From positions 47,323 to 111,322 of the forward strand of contig JANOXC010000103.1 in the NCBI GenBank assembly GCA_031418215.1: a stretch of DNA of 64,000 nucleotides, written 5' to 3'. This stretch comes from Bacteroidota bacterium. GTDB taxonomy: Bacteria; Bacteroidota; Bacteroidia; AKYH767-A; OLB10. The translations under genes were made by a program, and so were the position numbers. The notes under the pieces are model-generated. The model made no database searches and was not told the origin of the DNA. It saw only the letters and a list, made by a program, of their open reading frames with translations. Below, in pieces: positions 9,989-20,225 of the stretch (positions are counted from its first letter, which is position 1; every line of letters starts with the position of its first letter).

Positions 9989-11044
9989 TCAGGAGTTCAA
10001 TCTCAGCGCTCCTAACATCTCGCGCAAATTAGGACGAAGGCGGCTCTTGTAAACTGCATGCGCTTGCTTTTTCTCTTTGCCCTTTCTTAATAGACGTTGT
10101 GCTTCAATTGGTAATGCTGCAATTTCTTTACAGCGCGGCATACAACAACCTTTGAATTCTTTTGTGCAATCTTCACATTGTATAAATAACAAGTGGCAAT
10201 CATTGTTTGCACAGTTCACATGTCGGTCAGAAGGCTTGCCGCATTGATGACAAACACTGATAATGTCAGTGGTGATTCGTTCACCCAGCCGATCATCAAA
10301 AACAAAATTCTTCCCAATAAATTTCGTCTCCAGCTTTTCATCCTTCACCTGTCTTGCGTAATCAATGATGCCGCCAAGGAGTTGATTCACATCTTTAAAA
10401 CCCTGGTGTTTGAAAAACGAACTTGCTTTTTCACAACGTATACCACCAGTACAATACAATAATATTTTATGATCCTCCTTTCCTTTTACCATATCGAGTG
10501 CTTTGGGTAAAGCATCACGAAACGTATCAGCATCGGGGCACAATGCATTTTCAAATCGACCCACCTCACTCTCATAGTGATTGCGCATATCAATCACAAT
10601 GGTATGCGGATCCTGCATGGCATCATTAAACTCCTTTGCAGAAAGATGATTGCCAACATTTGTAACATCAAAAGTGTCATCATTTAAACCATCGGCAACA
10701 ATTTTATGCTTGATACGAACGATGAGTTTATAAAAAGATTTACCGTCATCCTCCACAGCAATTTTCAAAGGAACACCTGATAGCGATGCAGTACCTTGTA
10801 AAAATTTTTTAAACTCTTCGAAATAATGTTCAGGAATACTGATTTGTGCATTAACGCCTTCTTCGGCGATATATATTCTTCCGAAAACACCTAACTTATT
10901 TAATTGCAAATACAAATCATCACGAAATTTTTCTAACTCGTCAATTAACACATAACGGTAAAAAGAAAACGTAATGCGTCGAAAATCTTCAGCATGAAGT
11001 TTTTTACGCAACTCTTCCTTATTGTATTTATTATGCAGTATCAT
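9989..11044 (-). CDS. trhO: rhodanese-domain tRNA uridine(34) hydroxylase (UPF0176/YceA family)
   Basis: It carries the UPF0176 N-domain and a rhodanese active-site loop (CTGGIRCE). The C-terminal extension is Cys-rich, which is typical of TrhO. Confidence 0.7.
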   Translation of the reverse strand: MILHNKYNKEELRKKLHAEDFRRITFSFYRYVLIDELEKFRDDLYLQLNKLGVFGRIYIAEEGVNAQISIPEHYFEEFKKFLQGTASLSGVPLKIAVEDDGKSFYKLIVRIKHKIVADGLNDDTFDVTNVGNHLSAKEFNDAMQDPHTIVIDMRNHYESEVGRFENALCPDADTFRDALPKALDMVKGKEDHKILLYCTGGIRCEKASSFFKHQGFKDVNQLLGGIIDYARQVKDEKLETKFIGKNFVFDDRLGERITTDIISVCHQCGKPSDRHVNCANNDCHLLFIQCEDCTKEFKGCCMPRCKEIAALPIEAQRLLRKGKEKKQAHAVYKSRLRPNLREMLGALRLNS

Positions 11045-11065
11045 TTTATCAGCTGGAATGAAAAA

Positions 11066-11299
11066 TCATTTCTTGCGATTACGCCAAATTACATACCCAC
11101 CTATACCTCCCAAAACATAAGGGACAGCCATCAGGTAAAGTATAGCATGATTCAATCCGCGTCCTCTTTGGTTTTCTCCTTGCTTAAGATTGGACTCTGC
11201 TGCCTGACGACACATGGAACACTGGGCAATAGATTGTGAACCTGCTGTAAAGAGTATAAAGAATAGCATTAAAAAGGAAAACACTTTCCACTTTTTCAT
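11066..11299 (-). CDS. small exported/membrane protein (hypothetical)
   Basis: 77 aa. It has an N-terminal signal, a C-terminal TM segment and a basic tail. It lies 22 bp upstream of trhO in the same operon. Confidence 0.4.
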   Translation of the reverse strand: MKKWKVFSFLMLFFILFTAGSQSIAQCSMCRQAAESNLKQGENQRGRGLNHAILYLMAVPYVLGGIGGYVIWRNRKK

Positions 11300-11387
11300 G
11301 GTGCAAAGATAAGGTTCGCCTCTTAATCTGCAATACTAATAGTTGTGATAATGCTCATCTTAAATAGGAAGATTGCAGCCTCACCTC

Positions 11388-11545
11388 TTATCCTCTCCTT
11401 CTGAGAGGAGGATTTACTTCTCTGATGAGTAGAATTTGCTTCTCTGTGGAGAAGACGCAACTTCTCTAATGAGTAGATTTTGGTTCTCTGGTTAGAAGAC
11501 TTTACTTCTCTGATAATAAAAGTTTACTTCTACGGCGAGGATGAT
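11388..11545. repeat. array of about six degenerate 22-25-bp tandem repeats (approximate consensus TTACTTCTCTGRTGAGWAGA). Several are internally palindromic, e.g. CTTCTC-TGTG-GAGAAG.
   Basis: Repeats are seen directly in the sequence. The array is intergenic, between the DUF420 gene and the small membrane-protein gene within the cox maturation operon. Confidence 0.6.
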
Positions 11546-11580
11546 TCAATCGACTAAAGCGGAGGCTGTTGAAACACCAA

Positions 11581-12120
11581 TTAAAATCGGTAATAAGGGG
11601 AAATCATCAGGTAAACCACCACCCCTGTAACAGTAACGTATAACCAAAAAGGGAAGGTCCACCGTGCCAGCTTGCGATGCCTTGCAACCTGCATACCCAA
11701 TCCCAGATAAAAAGTGAACAATACAAACGGAAGGATCGTTGCTGCCAGGATTATATGTGTTATTAAAATAAAAAGATAAACAGGGCGAAGCGGATTGTCC
11801 AATGGGTACTTCGTTTCAATACCAAGAGAATGAAACCAGACGTAGGAAACGAGAAATAATGCAGAAAGGACAAAGGCTGTAATATTAAGCCGCTTATGCA
11901 GTTTGATTTTCTTTAACCTGATGGAGATATATGAAATCATCAATAAAATTGATGCCGTTCCATTCAACAATGCATTAACACGTGGAAGCCAGGGGGTATA
12001 AGACGGTATATCGGTAGCACGTGGAAGAAAAGAAAGTCCGGCAACTACTAAAAATATAACAATGGAAAAAAGGAGGATAATCCTGAAAACACCTTTCTCT
12101 GAAGCTTGCGTTAATTCCAT
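11581..12120 (-). CDS. DUF420 family membrane protein (associated with cytochrome oxidase loci)
   Basis: It has four TM helices and the motif HRKLARWTFPFWLYVTVTGVVVY. It occupies the typical position after SCO1 in Bacteroidota cox clusters. Confidence 0.75.
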   Translation of the reverse strand: MELTQASEKGVFRIILLFSIVIFLVVAGLSFLPRATDIPSYTPWLPRVNALLNGTASILLMISYISIRLKKIKLHKRLNITAFVLSALFLVSYVWFHSLGIETKYPLDNPLRPVYLFILITHIILAATILPFVLFTFYLGLGMQVARHRKLARWTFPFWLYVTVTGVVVYLMISPYYRF

Positions 12121-12135
12121 CCAAAAACGAGGTTT

Positions 12136-12801
12136 TTATTCCTTTTTTTCATACTCCAGTCGTAATACTTTCACTTCATCAATAAGTCTTGTAATTTCAT
12201 TGTAATCGGTGCCATCATAAAAACCCCTGATTCGCTTTTCCTTATCAATTAACACGACCTGCTCGCTATGAATAAAATCATCGGGGCCACCATCACCGTC
12301 CATGGCAGTAACAAAATAACTGTTGCGGGCCATATCGTATAATTGTTTTTTATCACCGGTAACAAAATACCATTTACCATTAATGGCATTGTGTTTTTTT
12401 GCGTATGCGGCAAGCACTGCTGGTGTGTCATGTTCCGGGTCAACGGTATGACTTAAGATCATAATATTATCATCATCCTTAAACTCATGCTGTACCCGCA
12501 TAAGCTGATTACTCATCTTCGGGCAAATAGTTTTGCAAGTAGTGAAGAAAAAATCCGTGATATATATTTTATTCTTAAAAAGTTCTTGTGTTACCGGATT
12601 GCTATCACAACCAATGAAAGAAAAATCTCCCATTGTATGATAAATCGTATCCGTTACTGCTTTCCCATTAACCGTTTTTGTTACAGGTTCCTTTGGCCCG
12701 AAAACATCGAGGTGCTGATAATTATTGCTACCCGTTTGTAAATACCAATAAGATAAAAATGGAACAAGCAGTATTACAAATAGAATTAAGAATTTTTTCA
12801 A
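12136..12801 (-). CDS. SCO1/SenC family copper chaperone
   Basis: It has a thioredoxin-like fold with the CKTICP (CxxxCP) motif and a conserved His. Confidence 0.85.
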   Translation of the reverse strand: MKKFLILFVILLVPFLSYWYLQTGSNNYQHLDVFGPKEPVTKTVNGKAVTDTIYHTMGDFSFIGCDSNPVTQELFKNKIYITDFFFTTCKTICPKMSNQLMRVQHEFKDDDNIMILSHTVDPEHDTPAVLAAYAKKHNAINGKWYFVTGDKKQLYDMARNSYFVTAMDGDGGPDDFIHSEQVVLIDKEKRIRGFYDGTDYNEITRLIDEVKVLRLEYEKKE

Positions 12802-12814
12802 CTCGGCTTACGAA

Positions 12815-13171
12815 TTATCTTCCTCCCCAAAAGTGAATGTAACTTCCTTCGGCAATACACATTGCAATTAAATATGCAATCAATAAAAATGGTAAAATAA
12901 TAGTATAACCAAAAGATTTTGTCTCATGCTTAAGATGCATAAAGAAGGCAATAATGAAATATGCTTTTACGATAGTTAAGACGATGAAAACAATCATTAA
13001 TATTTGCTTTGAGACAGCACTAAAGGCTATCGCTACTTCAAACAAGGTAATGAAAAGCAGTATCCAAAATGTCCGCCAAATAACAGCTTTGCTTTTAGGA
13101 TCATGATGCTCTTCTACGAATTGGTTATGAATATCTCCGGTGTAGTATCCGTGTTTTTGATTATCGCTCAT
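12815..13171 (-). CDS. cytochrome c oxidase subunit IV (Bacteroidota-type)
   Basis: 118 aa with 3 TM helices. It sits directly downstream of subunit III. Confidence 0.7.
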   Translation of the reverse strand: MSDNQKHGYYTGDIHNQFVEEHHDPKSKAVIWRTFWILLFITLFEVAIAFSAVSKQILMIVFIVLTIVKAYFIIAFFMHLKHETKSFGYTIILPFLLIAYLIAMCIAEGSYIHFWGGR

Positions 13172-13235
13172 ATCAATGGTTGATGATTAATTGTTAATGG
13201 TTAATTAGAAAAAAATCCGTCTTTAAGAATAACTT

Positions 13236-14048
13236 TTATACCAGGTAGAAGAAGGTAAATACGAATACCCAAACTAAATCTACAAAGTGCCAGTACAGTC
13301 CTACTTTTTCTATTTGCTCATAATGTCCTCTTTTTGTGTAAACACCACCAAGCACATTGAACCAAATAATAATATTGATAACAACTCCGCTAAATACGTG
13401 GAACCCATGGAATCCGGTGATAAAGAAGAAGAAATCAGCAAACAACGGATGACCGTATTCATTCTCTGTTAAGTTAGCGCCGTGAATTTCACGTGCTCCA
13501 ACCATTATTTTTTGAGCGGCTTCGCCCTCCACCATAGTGTAATTGGCTAAGCGTAGAACACCTTCCTTTCCTTCTATATGATGAGCAATTGTACCATCCG
13601 TTAAAACAAAGGCGCCATGCTCAGTGCCTTTAATAAAATGATACCACTCCCAAGCCTGAGAACCAACGAACATTAATCCTCCGATAATGGTTAAACCCAG
13701 CCATAATGCAACTGCTTTATTGTTTCGTAAATGTCCGGCATCAACAGCCAATACCATGGTAACAGAACTCATGATAAGAATAAAGGTCATTAATGCTACA
13801 TAAGCCAATTGTATATGACCATCGTAAAATGGAAAATGCGTAAAAACATCACTTGCTTTGGGCCATATATCAGTATATCGGTGACGCAAAGCACCATAAG
13901 CAGTTAGCAATGTTGAGAAGGTAAAGGCATCGGACACGAGGAAAAACCACATGTACATTTTACCCCAGCTTACGCCGTATGGCGATTTTCCCCCGCCCCA
14001 GGTATTCTTATTGGTTGTTGTTTCTGTTACTGTTGCTTCTGCTGACAT
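13236..14048 (-). CDS. ctaE: cytochrome c oxidase subunit III
   Basis: It has the conserved subunit III C-terminal signature WHFVDLVWVFVF. Confidence 0.85.
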   Translation of the reverse strand: MSAEATVTETTTNKNTWGGGKSPYGVSWGKMYMWFFLVSDAFTFSTLLTAYGALRHRYTDIWPKASDVFTHFPFYDGHIQLAYVALMTFILIMSSVTMVLAVDAGHLRNNKAVALWLGLTIIGGLMFVGSQAWEWYHFIKGTEHGAFVLTDGTIAHHIEGKEGVLRLANYTMVEGEAAQKIMVGAREIHGANLTENEYGHPLFADFFFFITGFHGFHVFSGVVINIIIWFNVLGGVYTKRGHYEQIEKVGLYWHFVDLVWVFVFTFFYLV

Positions 14049-14080
14049 ATTTAATAGTTAATGCAGTTGGAGGTTAATGG

Positions 14081-14659
14081 TTATCTGATAGCGACCAAAA
14101 ATACAAATAAATACAACCAAAGAAAATCCAGGAAATGCCAATAGGTAGCACATAGCTGTATTCCCAATAAATTCTTTGAATTATATTTTTCAAGTATCGC
14201 TTTTCCGGTTGTAAATAACAGGGCTAAAATGCCGCCTACGAGATGGGCAATGTGCAGACCAGTGATCACATAAAAAAAGGATCCGGCCACATTTCCCCCG
14301 GTGAAGAATACACCGTCCTTCACCAATTGATTGTACCCAATAAATTGAGAGAAAACAAAGGCAAAACCCAGTCCCAATGTGAAAATGAGCCATGTTTTTA
14401 AAGCCTGCTTATCATCCTTTTTCGCTGCCCTTAAAGCCAAAAACATTGTTAAAGAACTTGCCAACAAAATACCTGTTGAAACATAAAAAGCTAAAGGCAC
14501 CTCAAAAGCCATCCAATTACCCTCTGCCTGACGAACAACATATCCGCTGGTAAGCCCGGCAAAAATCATGATCATGCTAGCCAATGCTACCCACAATACA
14601 ATTTTAGGTGTTGGAATTTTTGTTGATGTTACCTGATCTTCTACTGTTGCTGTCATCAT
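14081..14659 (-). CDS. cytochrome c oxidase subunit III family protein (second paralog)
   Basis: It carries the same WHF.DF.W signature (ATYWHFLDFLWLYLFVF). The protein is 192 aa. Confidence 0.8.
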   Translation of the reverse strand: MMTATVEDQVTSTKIPTPKIVLWVALASMIMIFAGLTSGYVVRQAEGNWMAFEVPLAFYVSTGILLASSLTMFLALRAAKKDDKQALKTWLIFTLGLGFAFVFSQFIGYNQLVKDGVFFTGGNVAGSFFYVITGLHIAHLVGGILALLFTTGKAILEKYNSKNLLGIQLCATYWHFLDFLWLYLFVFLVAIR

Positions 14660-14713
14660 CGGTTAAAATCTTTGGATCAATAAGTATCATTAATAAATTA
14701 AGGCAATGGTCAT

Positions 14714-15610
14714 TTACATTTTGTCTAATACAATAACTAATTGCACAACAGGGAGGTAAATAAAGGAAGCAAACATTAATTTTCGTGCTGAAGTAATCGC
14801 CTGATCAACAAATAATTGATAAGCGGTATAGGCGAAATATAAAGTAACCGAAGCAATCACTAGCACTGATATCCATCCACTCAACCCAAATAAGAACGGC
14901 ATAAAACCAATGGGTAATAAACTTAATGAGTAGATAAATGTTTGCAATGCCGACCCTTTATCACGTTGCCCGGTAGGGAGCATAATGAATCCTGCTCTTT
15001 TATAATCGTCATCCAGCACCCAGGCAATGGCCCAGAAATGCGGAAACTGCCAGATAAATTGTATGGCAAACAACACCCAGGCTTCAATACCAAATCGACC
15101 TGTTGCAGCAACCCAACCTAACAATGGCGGAATGGCACCGGGAATAGCACCGGCAAAAACACTGAATGAGGTAATTCTTTTTAACGGTGTATAGATTAGT
15201 GTATAACTCAATAATGCAAATAGTCCAAGTGCTCCACTGGCAATATTGAGGTAATAGGTTAGCATAAAAACACCTGCAATACCACATACAATACAAAGGA
15301 GTAATGCTTCATTGACGGAAAGTCGCTGGTCAGGCAATGGTCGGTTCTCTGTACGGTTCATCAGCTTGTCCAGATCACGCTCAATAACCTGATTGAGGCC
15401 ATTACTGGAGGCAGTAACAAGAAAACCACCAATAATAAGCATCAGCAATTTTGACAAATCAACAGGTCCCGGGGCTGTCATAAATCCCATGGCAGCGGAA
15501 AAAACCACCAGGGAAGCCAACTTAAACTTTGTCAGCAAGGCATAGTCATAAAGCCTTGCTTTTAATGTTTGTGGATTTTCCAGAGAAACGGGGTTCATTT
15601 TGAGGGGCAA
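14714..15610 (-). CDS. ctaB: protoheme IX farnesyltransferase (heme O synthase)
   Basis: It has the UbiA prenyltransferase fold and motifs typical of CyoE/CtaB. It is the first gene of the cox maturation operon. Confidence 0.9.
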   Translation of the reverse strand: MPLKMNPVSLENPQTLKARLYDYALLTKFKLASLVVFSAAMGFMTAPGPVDLSKLLMLIIGGFLVTASSNGLNQVIERDLDKLMNRTENRPLPDQRLSVNEALLLCIVCGIAGVFMLTYYLNIASGALGLFALLSYTLIYTPLKRITSFSVFAGAIPGAIPPLLGWVAATGRFGIEAWVLFAIQFIWQFPHFWAIAWVLDDDYKRAGFIMLPTGQRDKGSALQTFIYSLSLLPIGFMPFLFGLSGWISVLVIASVTLYFAYTAYQLFVDQAITSARKLMFASFIYLPVVQLVIVLDKM

Positions 15611-15769
15611 AAGTAAGATTTGCTTTCTTACCCGACAATATCAAGTTCCTCTTTTAAAGAAAAATAATCGATTTCCATTAATAAGTTAAAAACCTGATTT
15701 CAAGGCTATTCAACTTATTTAATGGAGCAATCACAATTAAGACACGAATTTAACCAAGGAGCAACCAGT

Positions 15770-18700
15770 TTAATCAATCACCAGCAACTGTTTTTCAAGG
15801 GAATTTTCCGTTGTTAAGTTGATGGCATAAACACCGGGTTTTAGGGTATTATCAAATTTCAGCATTGCGCCTCCCTCATCATCAAATTTCAAACTTGTTG
15901 CTGAATAAATTTTCAATCCATTCATGTCAAACAATTCAACACCGATATCAGTTGATGAACCTGAAGTTACAACATCTTTGATTTTTAACTTAACAAAAGT
16001 TCCGTTTGATGGATTTGGATAAACGGTAAAAACTGAAAGTGGATCCTTCGCTGCAAAAAGCACACTCCTTACCGGTGAATAGGTAAAATCACCATTCTCG
16101 TCAACTTGTCTCAATCGATAATAGGAATAACCGCTTAGTGGACGAACATCATTCCAGTTATAATTTTTCAGAATGCTTGAATTAAATGCACCGGGTATTT
16201 GAACAAGCTCTGTAAATGTTTTACCATCAGCAGAACGTTCTAAGGAGAAATGATCATTATTTTTTTCACTGGCCGTTGCCCAAACAAGATTTACTTCTGT
16301 TTCATTTGGTATGGCTTCAAAGTTAACCAGCTCGATGGGCAATGGATTATTGGATGTAGTAGAAGCTAAAGTGAATGGAGAGGTGGCAGCAAAGGTCGTT
16401 ACTGCAGCACTGGTGATTACAGTTCCAGCAGCATTTGCTCCTGTTGTTCCGCCATTACCATGATCTCGCCATGTAGTACCATCCCAACGCGCAACCCTTA
16501 ATTGAGCCATATTGGTGACTCCACCGCTTGAACCATCCCAACTCAAAGTAACATTCACATTGGATGCACCATTTGTACGATTGATGATCCAATATTCATT
16601 TCTGCTGATGTGGTTCAAAGTTGCATCTAATGAGTTTACATTATATGATCCGTTTGGATCAGCAGCACGATATTCAGCTGTGAAATGATGTGTGTTATTA
16701 GATGGAGCCGATATTGTTGCCGGTTGATAATTCGGTACTCCTGCAAATGCACCACCAATCGGAAATGTAAAAGCTTGATTACCTACTTTACGTATTGGAC
16801 CATCAACATAACTGGCATTGCTTGCGCCACTTACTGTCGCCGTGTTGGATATTATTATATATGCTGAACTGGATGATGACACCACTCCATTGGTAAATGC
16901 AAGATTACAACCTGAAGGAATGGTCGCTACGCCTTCAGCTGCAGACATTAATATTGATGGACAAGTACTGCTGGAATTATTGAAAACAACATTTCCATAA
17001 GTAAAAGCATCTCCTCCGCTTCCTGCATCACCAGCTAATGTTTGCGTGCCACTTGTTCCAATATATTCAACAAATGCTGATGTTGCAACGCTTAAAATAC
17101 CAAATCTGTTCGGTGCTGCAGCGCGGAAAAAACTTCCTTTCAATTTAAAACGAGAAGTATTATATACTGCGATGTCTAGCTGTGCTGCTGTTGCGGCTGT
17201 TAACATAACGTTGCCATTCACCGTTACGGATGATGAATTCCACATCCTGAAACGTGATTGTCCTCCTCCTGAATCGAGTAACTTCAATGCACCTAATGTT
17301 AAGACAGGAGACCCTGAACTGTTTCCAAGATACACATAAGTAAGGTTACCACCTGTGTGATTGAGATAAAGCGTATCCCCTACTGTTACTGTACAAGCGC
17401 CATCAAGTGTAACCAATGCATCTTTTCCAGCAATACCATTCATGTTCAGGTTACGCGTGATGTTTAATGTTCCGCCATTCATATCCAACTCAATGTTGTT
17501 GCTAGCAGCGTTTGGGCCTGATAAGAGATTCATGGTTAAACTTCCGCCTACAGTTAACGTTGGTGTGTTCTGCATCCTTACACGTGCTAAATCACCTCCG
17601 CTAGCATTGTTATTGATGGTAAAGTTACCTCCAATCGCAAGTACTGACGACTGATCCGTTTGAAAATACACACCTTGTGCAGCTGTACCATGTGTGACTG
17701 TACAATTTCCCCCAACATTCATTTGTGCTGTGGAGCCACTTGAAACATTTAAATAAACTACAACCTGTCCGCCGTACTGTTGATTGATGTCAACATTACC
17801 GGTAACATTAAATCTACCCGATCCATCAATTCTTAGATCAAGATCTTCCGTTGTTCCGCCTGATGTTGTTTGCACGTGATAAAAGTTCTGGCTTACAGTA
17901 AGTGTTCCGCCATTGATATCCATAAGAAAGTCATCACCATCTGTACTTATCAAAGTATCCGTTAAATTTCCCGATACAGTCATGGTGACATTATTGTTTA
18001 ATTCAAGTTCCATGTTATCGCCACCGGTGTGACTTAACATCATATTACCGCCAACTGTAAAGACTGAAGGATTAGTTGTTGATGTTTGATTCAACCAAAA
18101 ATTAACATCTCCCTTACCTCCACCACCTTGCTGGTAAGAGGTTACATCATTGGTAACATTAACGGTAGCTCCGTCAATGGTAAAATAATAGTAGTTACCA
18201 TTTGTTGCTCCCGATGCGAATGTATTTAATATACTATTAAAGGTAGATGTTCCTCCGTTAAAGTCAAGATAAACGTTATCATTATCTGCACTTGATGACA
18301 TTGTAGTTGAAAGTTGTCCTGTTACTGTCAAAGTAGAATTGGCATTCGTTTCTATTTCCATGTTATCGCCTCCAGTATGGATCATTGTCAAATTACCGTT
18401 CACGGTTAATGAAGAAGGGTTGGTTGTAGAAGATTTGTTAATCCAAATATTGGCATCACCATTTCCTCCTCCGCCATGATTCACAGTCATTGCACCAGTT
18501 GTTACCGCAGCTCCATCAATTTGAATATTAAAGGTATTTCCACTGCTGGCCGATGCTGCAATTGTTGCTGTAAAAGTTCCGTCAACCAATAGCGTTCCGC
18601 CGTTAAAGTCAAGGTTATAATCATCGTCATCATTGTTGTTGGAGAGCGTAAATAAGGCATTACCTGTTACATGACAAGATGCAGTATTATTAAGTATAAA

Positions 18701-19699
18701 ATCATAAGTAGTCCCGCCGCCGTTATTATTTCCATAACTGACAGTATAATTACCATTTATTGTTAATGAACTTGTATTATTTAATTCCATTTCTTTCGAA
18801 CTGGTATAATCTGCTCCGGCATGTGCATAAGTAAACGCACCTGTAGTTAACGATGAACTATTATACAACAAGATGCCGGCAGTACTATTGCCGCTTGCCG
18901 TACTTGCAACTGTTGCATTGCAGGTACCAGTCACGGTCATGGTTCCGCCATTCATAATAAGATTTAATAAATCATCGTCATTCGTATTGGAAACCGTCAT
19001 ACTTAGATTACCACCTATTGTGCAAACGGACGTGTTATTCATTTCAAATTCGAAAATGTTGCTCTTCCCGTTGTTATTACCAACTGTAATGGTCATATTT
19101 CCTGCTACGCTCAATCTGCCGCTATTATCCAATTGAATTTCATTGGCTGTTGCTTCATTGTCCATTGCACGACCATAGGTATATGTAAAATTACCTGTAA
19201 CGTTCATCCAGCCGCTATTTAAAATATTAAAACGTAACCGTCTGTCCTTGCTGTTACTGGTACTTCTTGTAGCACTTACACTTCCGTTAACCTGCAATTT
19301 AGCTGTTGAAGATATTGACACATCAACATTATCATCCCGATTATTATCAATTACGGACATTGAATTAGTAGTTAGGATTACTCCTGCAGTATTAAGATCT
19401 AGTTTTGTATCATTACCTGAATTATAATTCTGACTTATAGTAAGCGATAAAATGGCATTGGCCGGTGTTGCTGTTACTGTTACTGCAATTCCACTTAGCA
19501 GCACTACATCCCCCGTAGCTGCTCCTGGAGTTGAAGCTGCCGCTACACCGCCATAACCAGCTGTAGACCATGTTGTCGTGGCATTCCAGTTACCCGATTG
19601 CCTTGCAAAGTAAATTGAACCTGCGTTGACATATTGCGCTGCACTCATCAGCAATATGGCAACCAGCCAGGGTTTGAAACTACACTTATTTGATTTCAT
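15770..19699 (-). CDS. large secreted beta-helix repeat protein (1309 aa from the chosen start; putative adhesin) with a T9SS type-A C-terminal sorting domain
   Basis: The start was set at the internal Met that gives a signal peptide (MKSNKCSFKPWLVAILLMSAAQYVNA). It contains many approximately 90-aa N/G/T-rich repeats. The C-terminus 'VYPNPSNGTFVKLK...LLVID' matches the Por sorting domain. Confidence 0.8.
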   Translation of the reverse strand: MKSNKCSFKPWLVAILLMSAAQYVNAGSIYFARQSGNWNATTTWSTAGYGGVAAASTPGAATGDVVLLSGIAVTVTATPANAILSLTISQNYNSGNDTKLDLNTAGVILTTNSMSVIDNNRDDNVDVSISSTAKLQVNGSVSATRSTSNSKDRRLRFNILNSGWMNVTGNFTYTYGRAMDNEATANEIQLDNSGRLSVAGNMTITVGNNNGKSNIFEFEMNNTSVCTIGGNLSMTVSNTNDDDLLNLIMNGGTMTVTGTCNATVASTASGNSTAGILLYNSSSLTTGAFTYAHAGADYTSSKEMELNNTSSLTINGNYTVSYGNNNGGGTTYDFILNNTASCHVTGNALFTLSNNNDDDDYNLDFNGGTLLVDGTFTATIAASASSGNTFNIQIDGAAVTTGAMTVNHGGGGNGDANIWINKSSTTNPSSLTVNGNLTMIHTGGDNMEIETNANSTLTVTGQLSTTMSSSADNDNVYLDFNGGTSTFNSILNTFASGATNGNYYYFTIDGATVNVTNDVTSYQQGGGGKGDVNFWLNQTSTTNPSVFTVGGNMMLSHTGGDNMELELNNNVTMTVSGNLTDTLISTDGDDFLMDINGGTLTVSQNFYHVQTTSGGTTEDLDLRIDGSGRFNVTGNVDINQQYGGQVVVYLNVSSGSTAQMNVGGNCTVTHGTAAQGVYFQTDQSSVLAIGGNFTINNNASGGDLARVRMQNTPTLTVGGSLTMNLLSGPNAASNNIELDMNGGTLNITRNLNMNGIAGKDALVTLDGACTVTVGDTLYLNHTGGNLTYVYLGNSSGSPVLTLGALKLLDSGGGQSRFRMWNSSSVTVNGNVMLTAATAAQLDIAVYNTSRFKLKGSFFRAAAPNRFGILSVATSAFVEYIGTSGTQTLAGDAGSGGDAFTYGNVVFNNSSSTCPSILMSAAEGVATIPSGCNLAFTNGVVSSSSSAYIIISNTATVSGASNASYVDGPIRKVGNQAFTFPIGGAFAGVPNYQPATISAPSNNTHHFTAEYRAADPNGSYNVNSLDATLNHISRNEYWIINRTNGASNVNVTLSWDGSSGGVTNMAQLRVARWDGTTWRDHGNGGTTGANAAGTVITSAAVTTFAATSPFTLASTTSNNPLPIELVNFEAIPNETEVNLVWATASEKNNDHFSLERSADGKTFTELVQIPGAFNSSILKNYNWNDVRPLSGYSYYRLRQVDENGDFTYSPVRSVLFAAKDPLSVFTVYPNPSNGTFVKLKIKDVVTSGSSTDIGVELFDMNGLKIYSATSLKFDDEGGAMLKFDNTLKPGVYAINLTTENSLEKQLLVID

Positions 19700-20225
19700 A
19701 TACCATTGTATTGTACTGTGTGTATTCGATATGCTTACTTCAACCTTTCGATTCATCCCACTTAAGTAATATGAGATGTCGCAAATATTCCGTTAACGCT
19801 TGAAATGAAATGGTCAATTATTCTTTAATCCTTACATAATGAAATAAAAGTTTTTCGGAAAAACCTTACAAAACATAAAAGCAGGATTAACAGGACAAGT
19901 TTCCGGCAAATTATCCTTAACATGTGCTTTATTCCCCTCCTAATTAGCGGTCTGCTTGAATTATCAGCCAACAATGCATGGTTATACTGTTGCTCATTTA
20001 TAGTGATAAACAGGCCTTTTTTATCAAAAACATTACAGGTCTGAATAGCGATATTTTGCCAATAATATAACTAATCAGGTGTGCCATCAAATAATTTTAC
20101 TATATTTAAATACCCCTATTAAAAATCCGCAGACCGCCTAATTCAATGGGTCAATGAACAATCGAAGCAATAAATTTTTATCTATTTCTATATGAATTCA
20201 ACGCCATATTTAGCTTAAAATAAAC

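Noticed and set aside
11418-11430. CTGATGAG motif inside the repeat units, resembling the hammerhead ribozyme core
   Set aside because: No stem II/GAAA partner or cleavage-site context is present. It occurs simply as part of the degenerate repeat.
11388-11545. Tandem palindromic repeats considered as a CRISPR array
   Set aside because: The repeats are contiguous with no unique spacers, and the units are degenerate and only about 22-25 bp. There are no cas genes in the window.
19700-19756. N-terminal 19 codons (MNRKVEVSISNTHSTIQWY) of the 15.7-19.7 kb adhesin ORF
   Set aside because: The downstream Met yields a canonical signal peptide. The extension has no hydrophobic core and is likely not translated.
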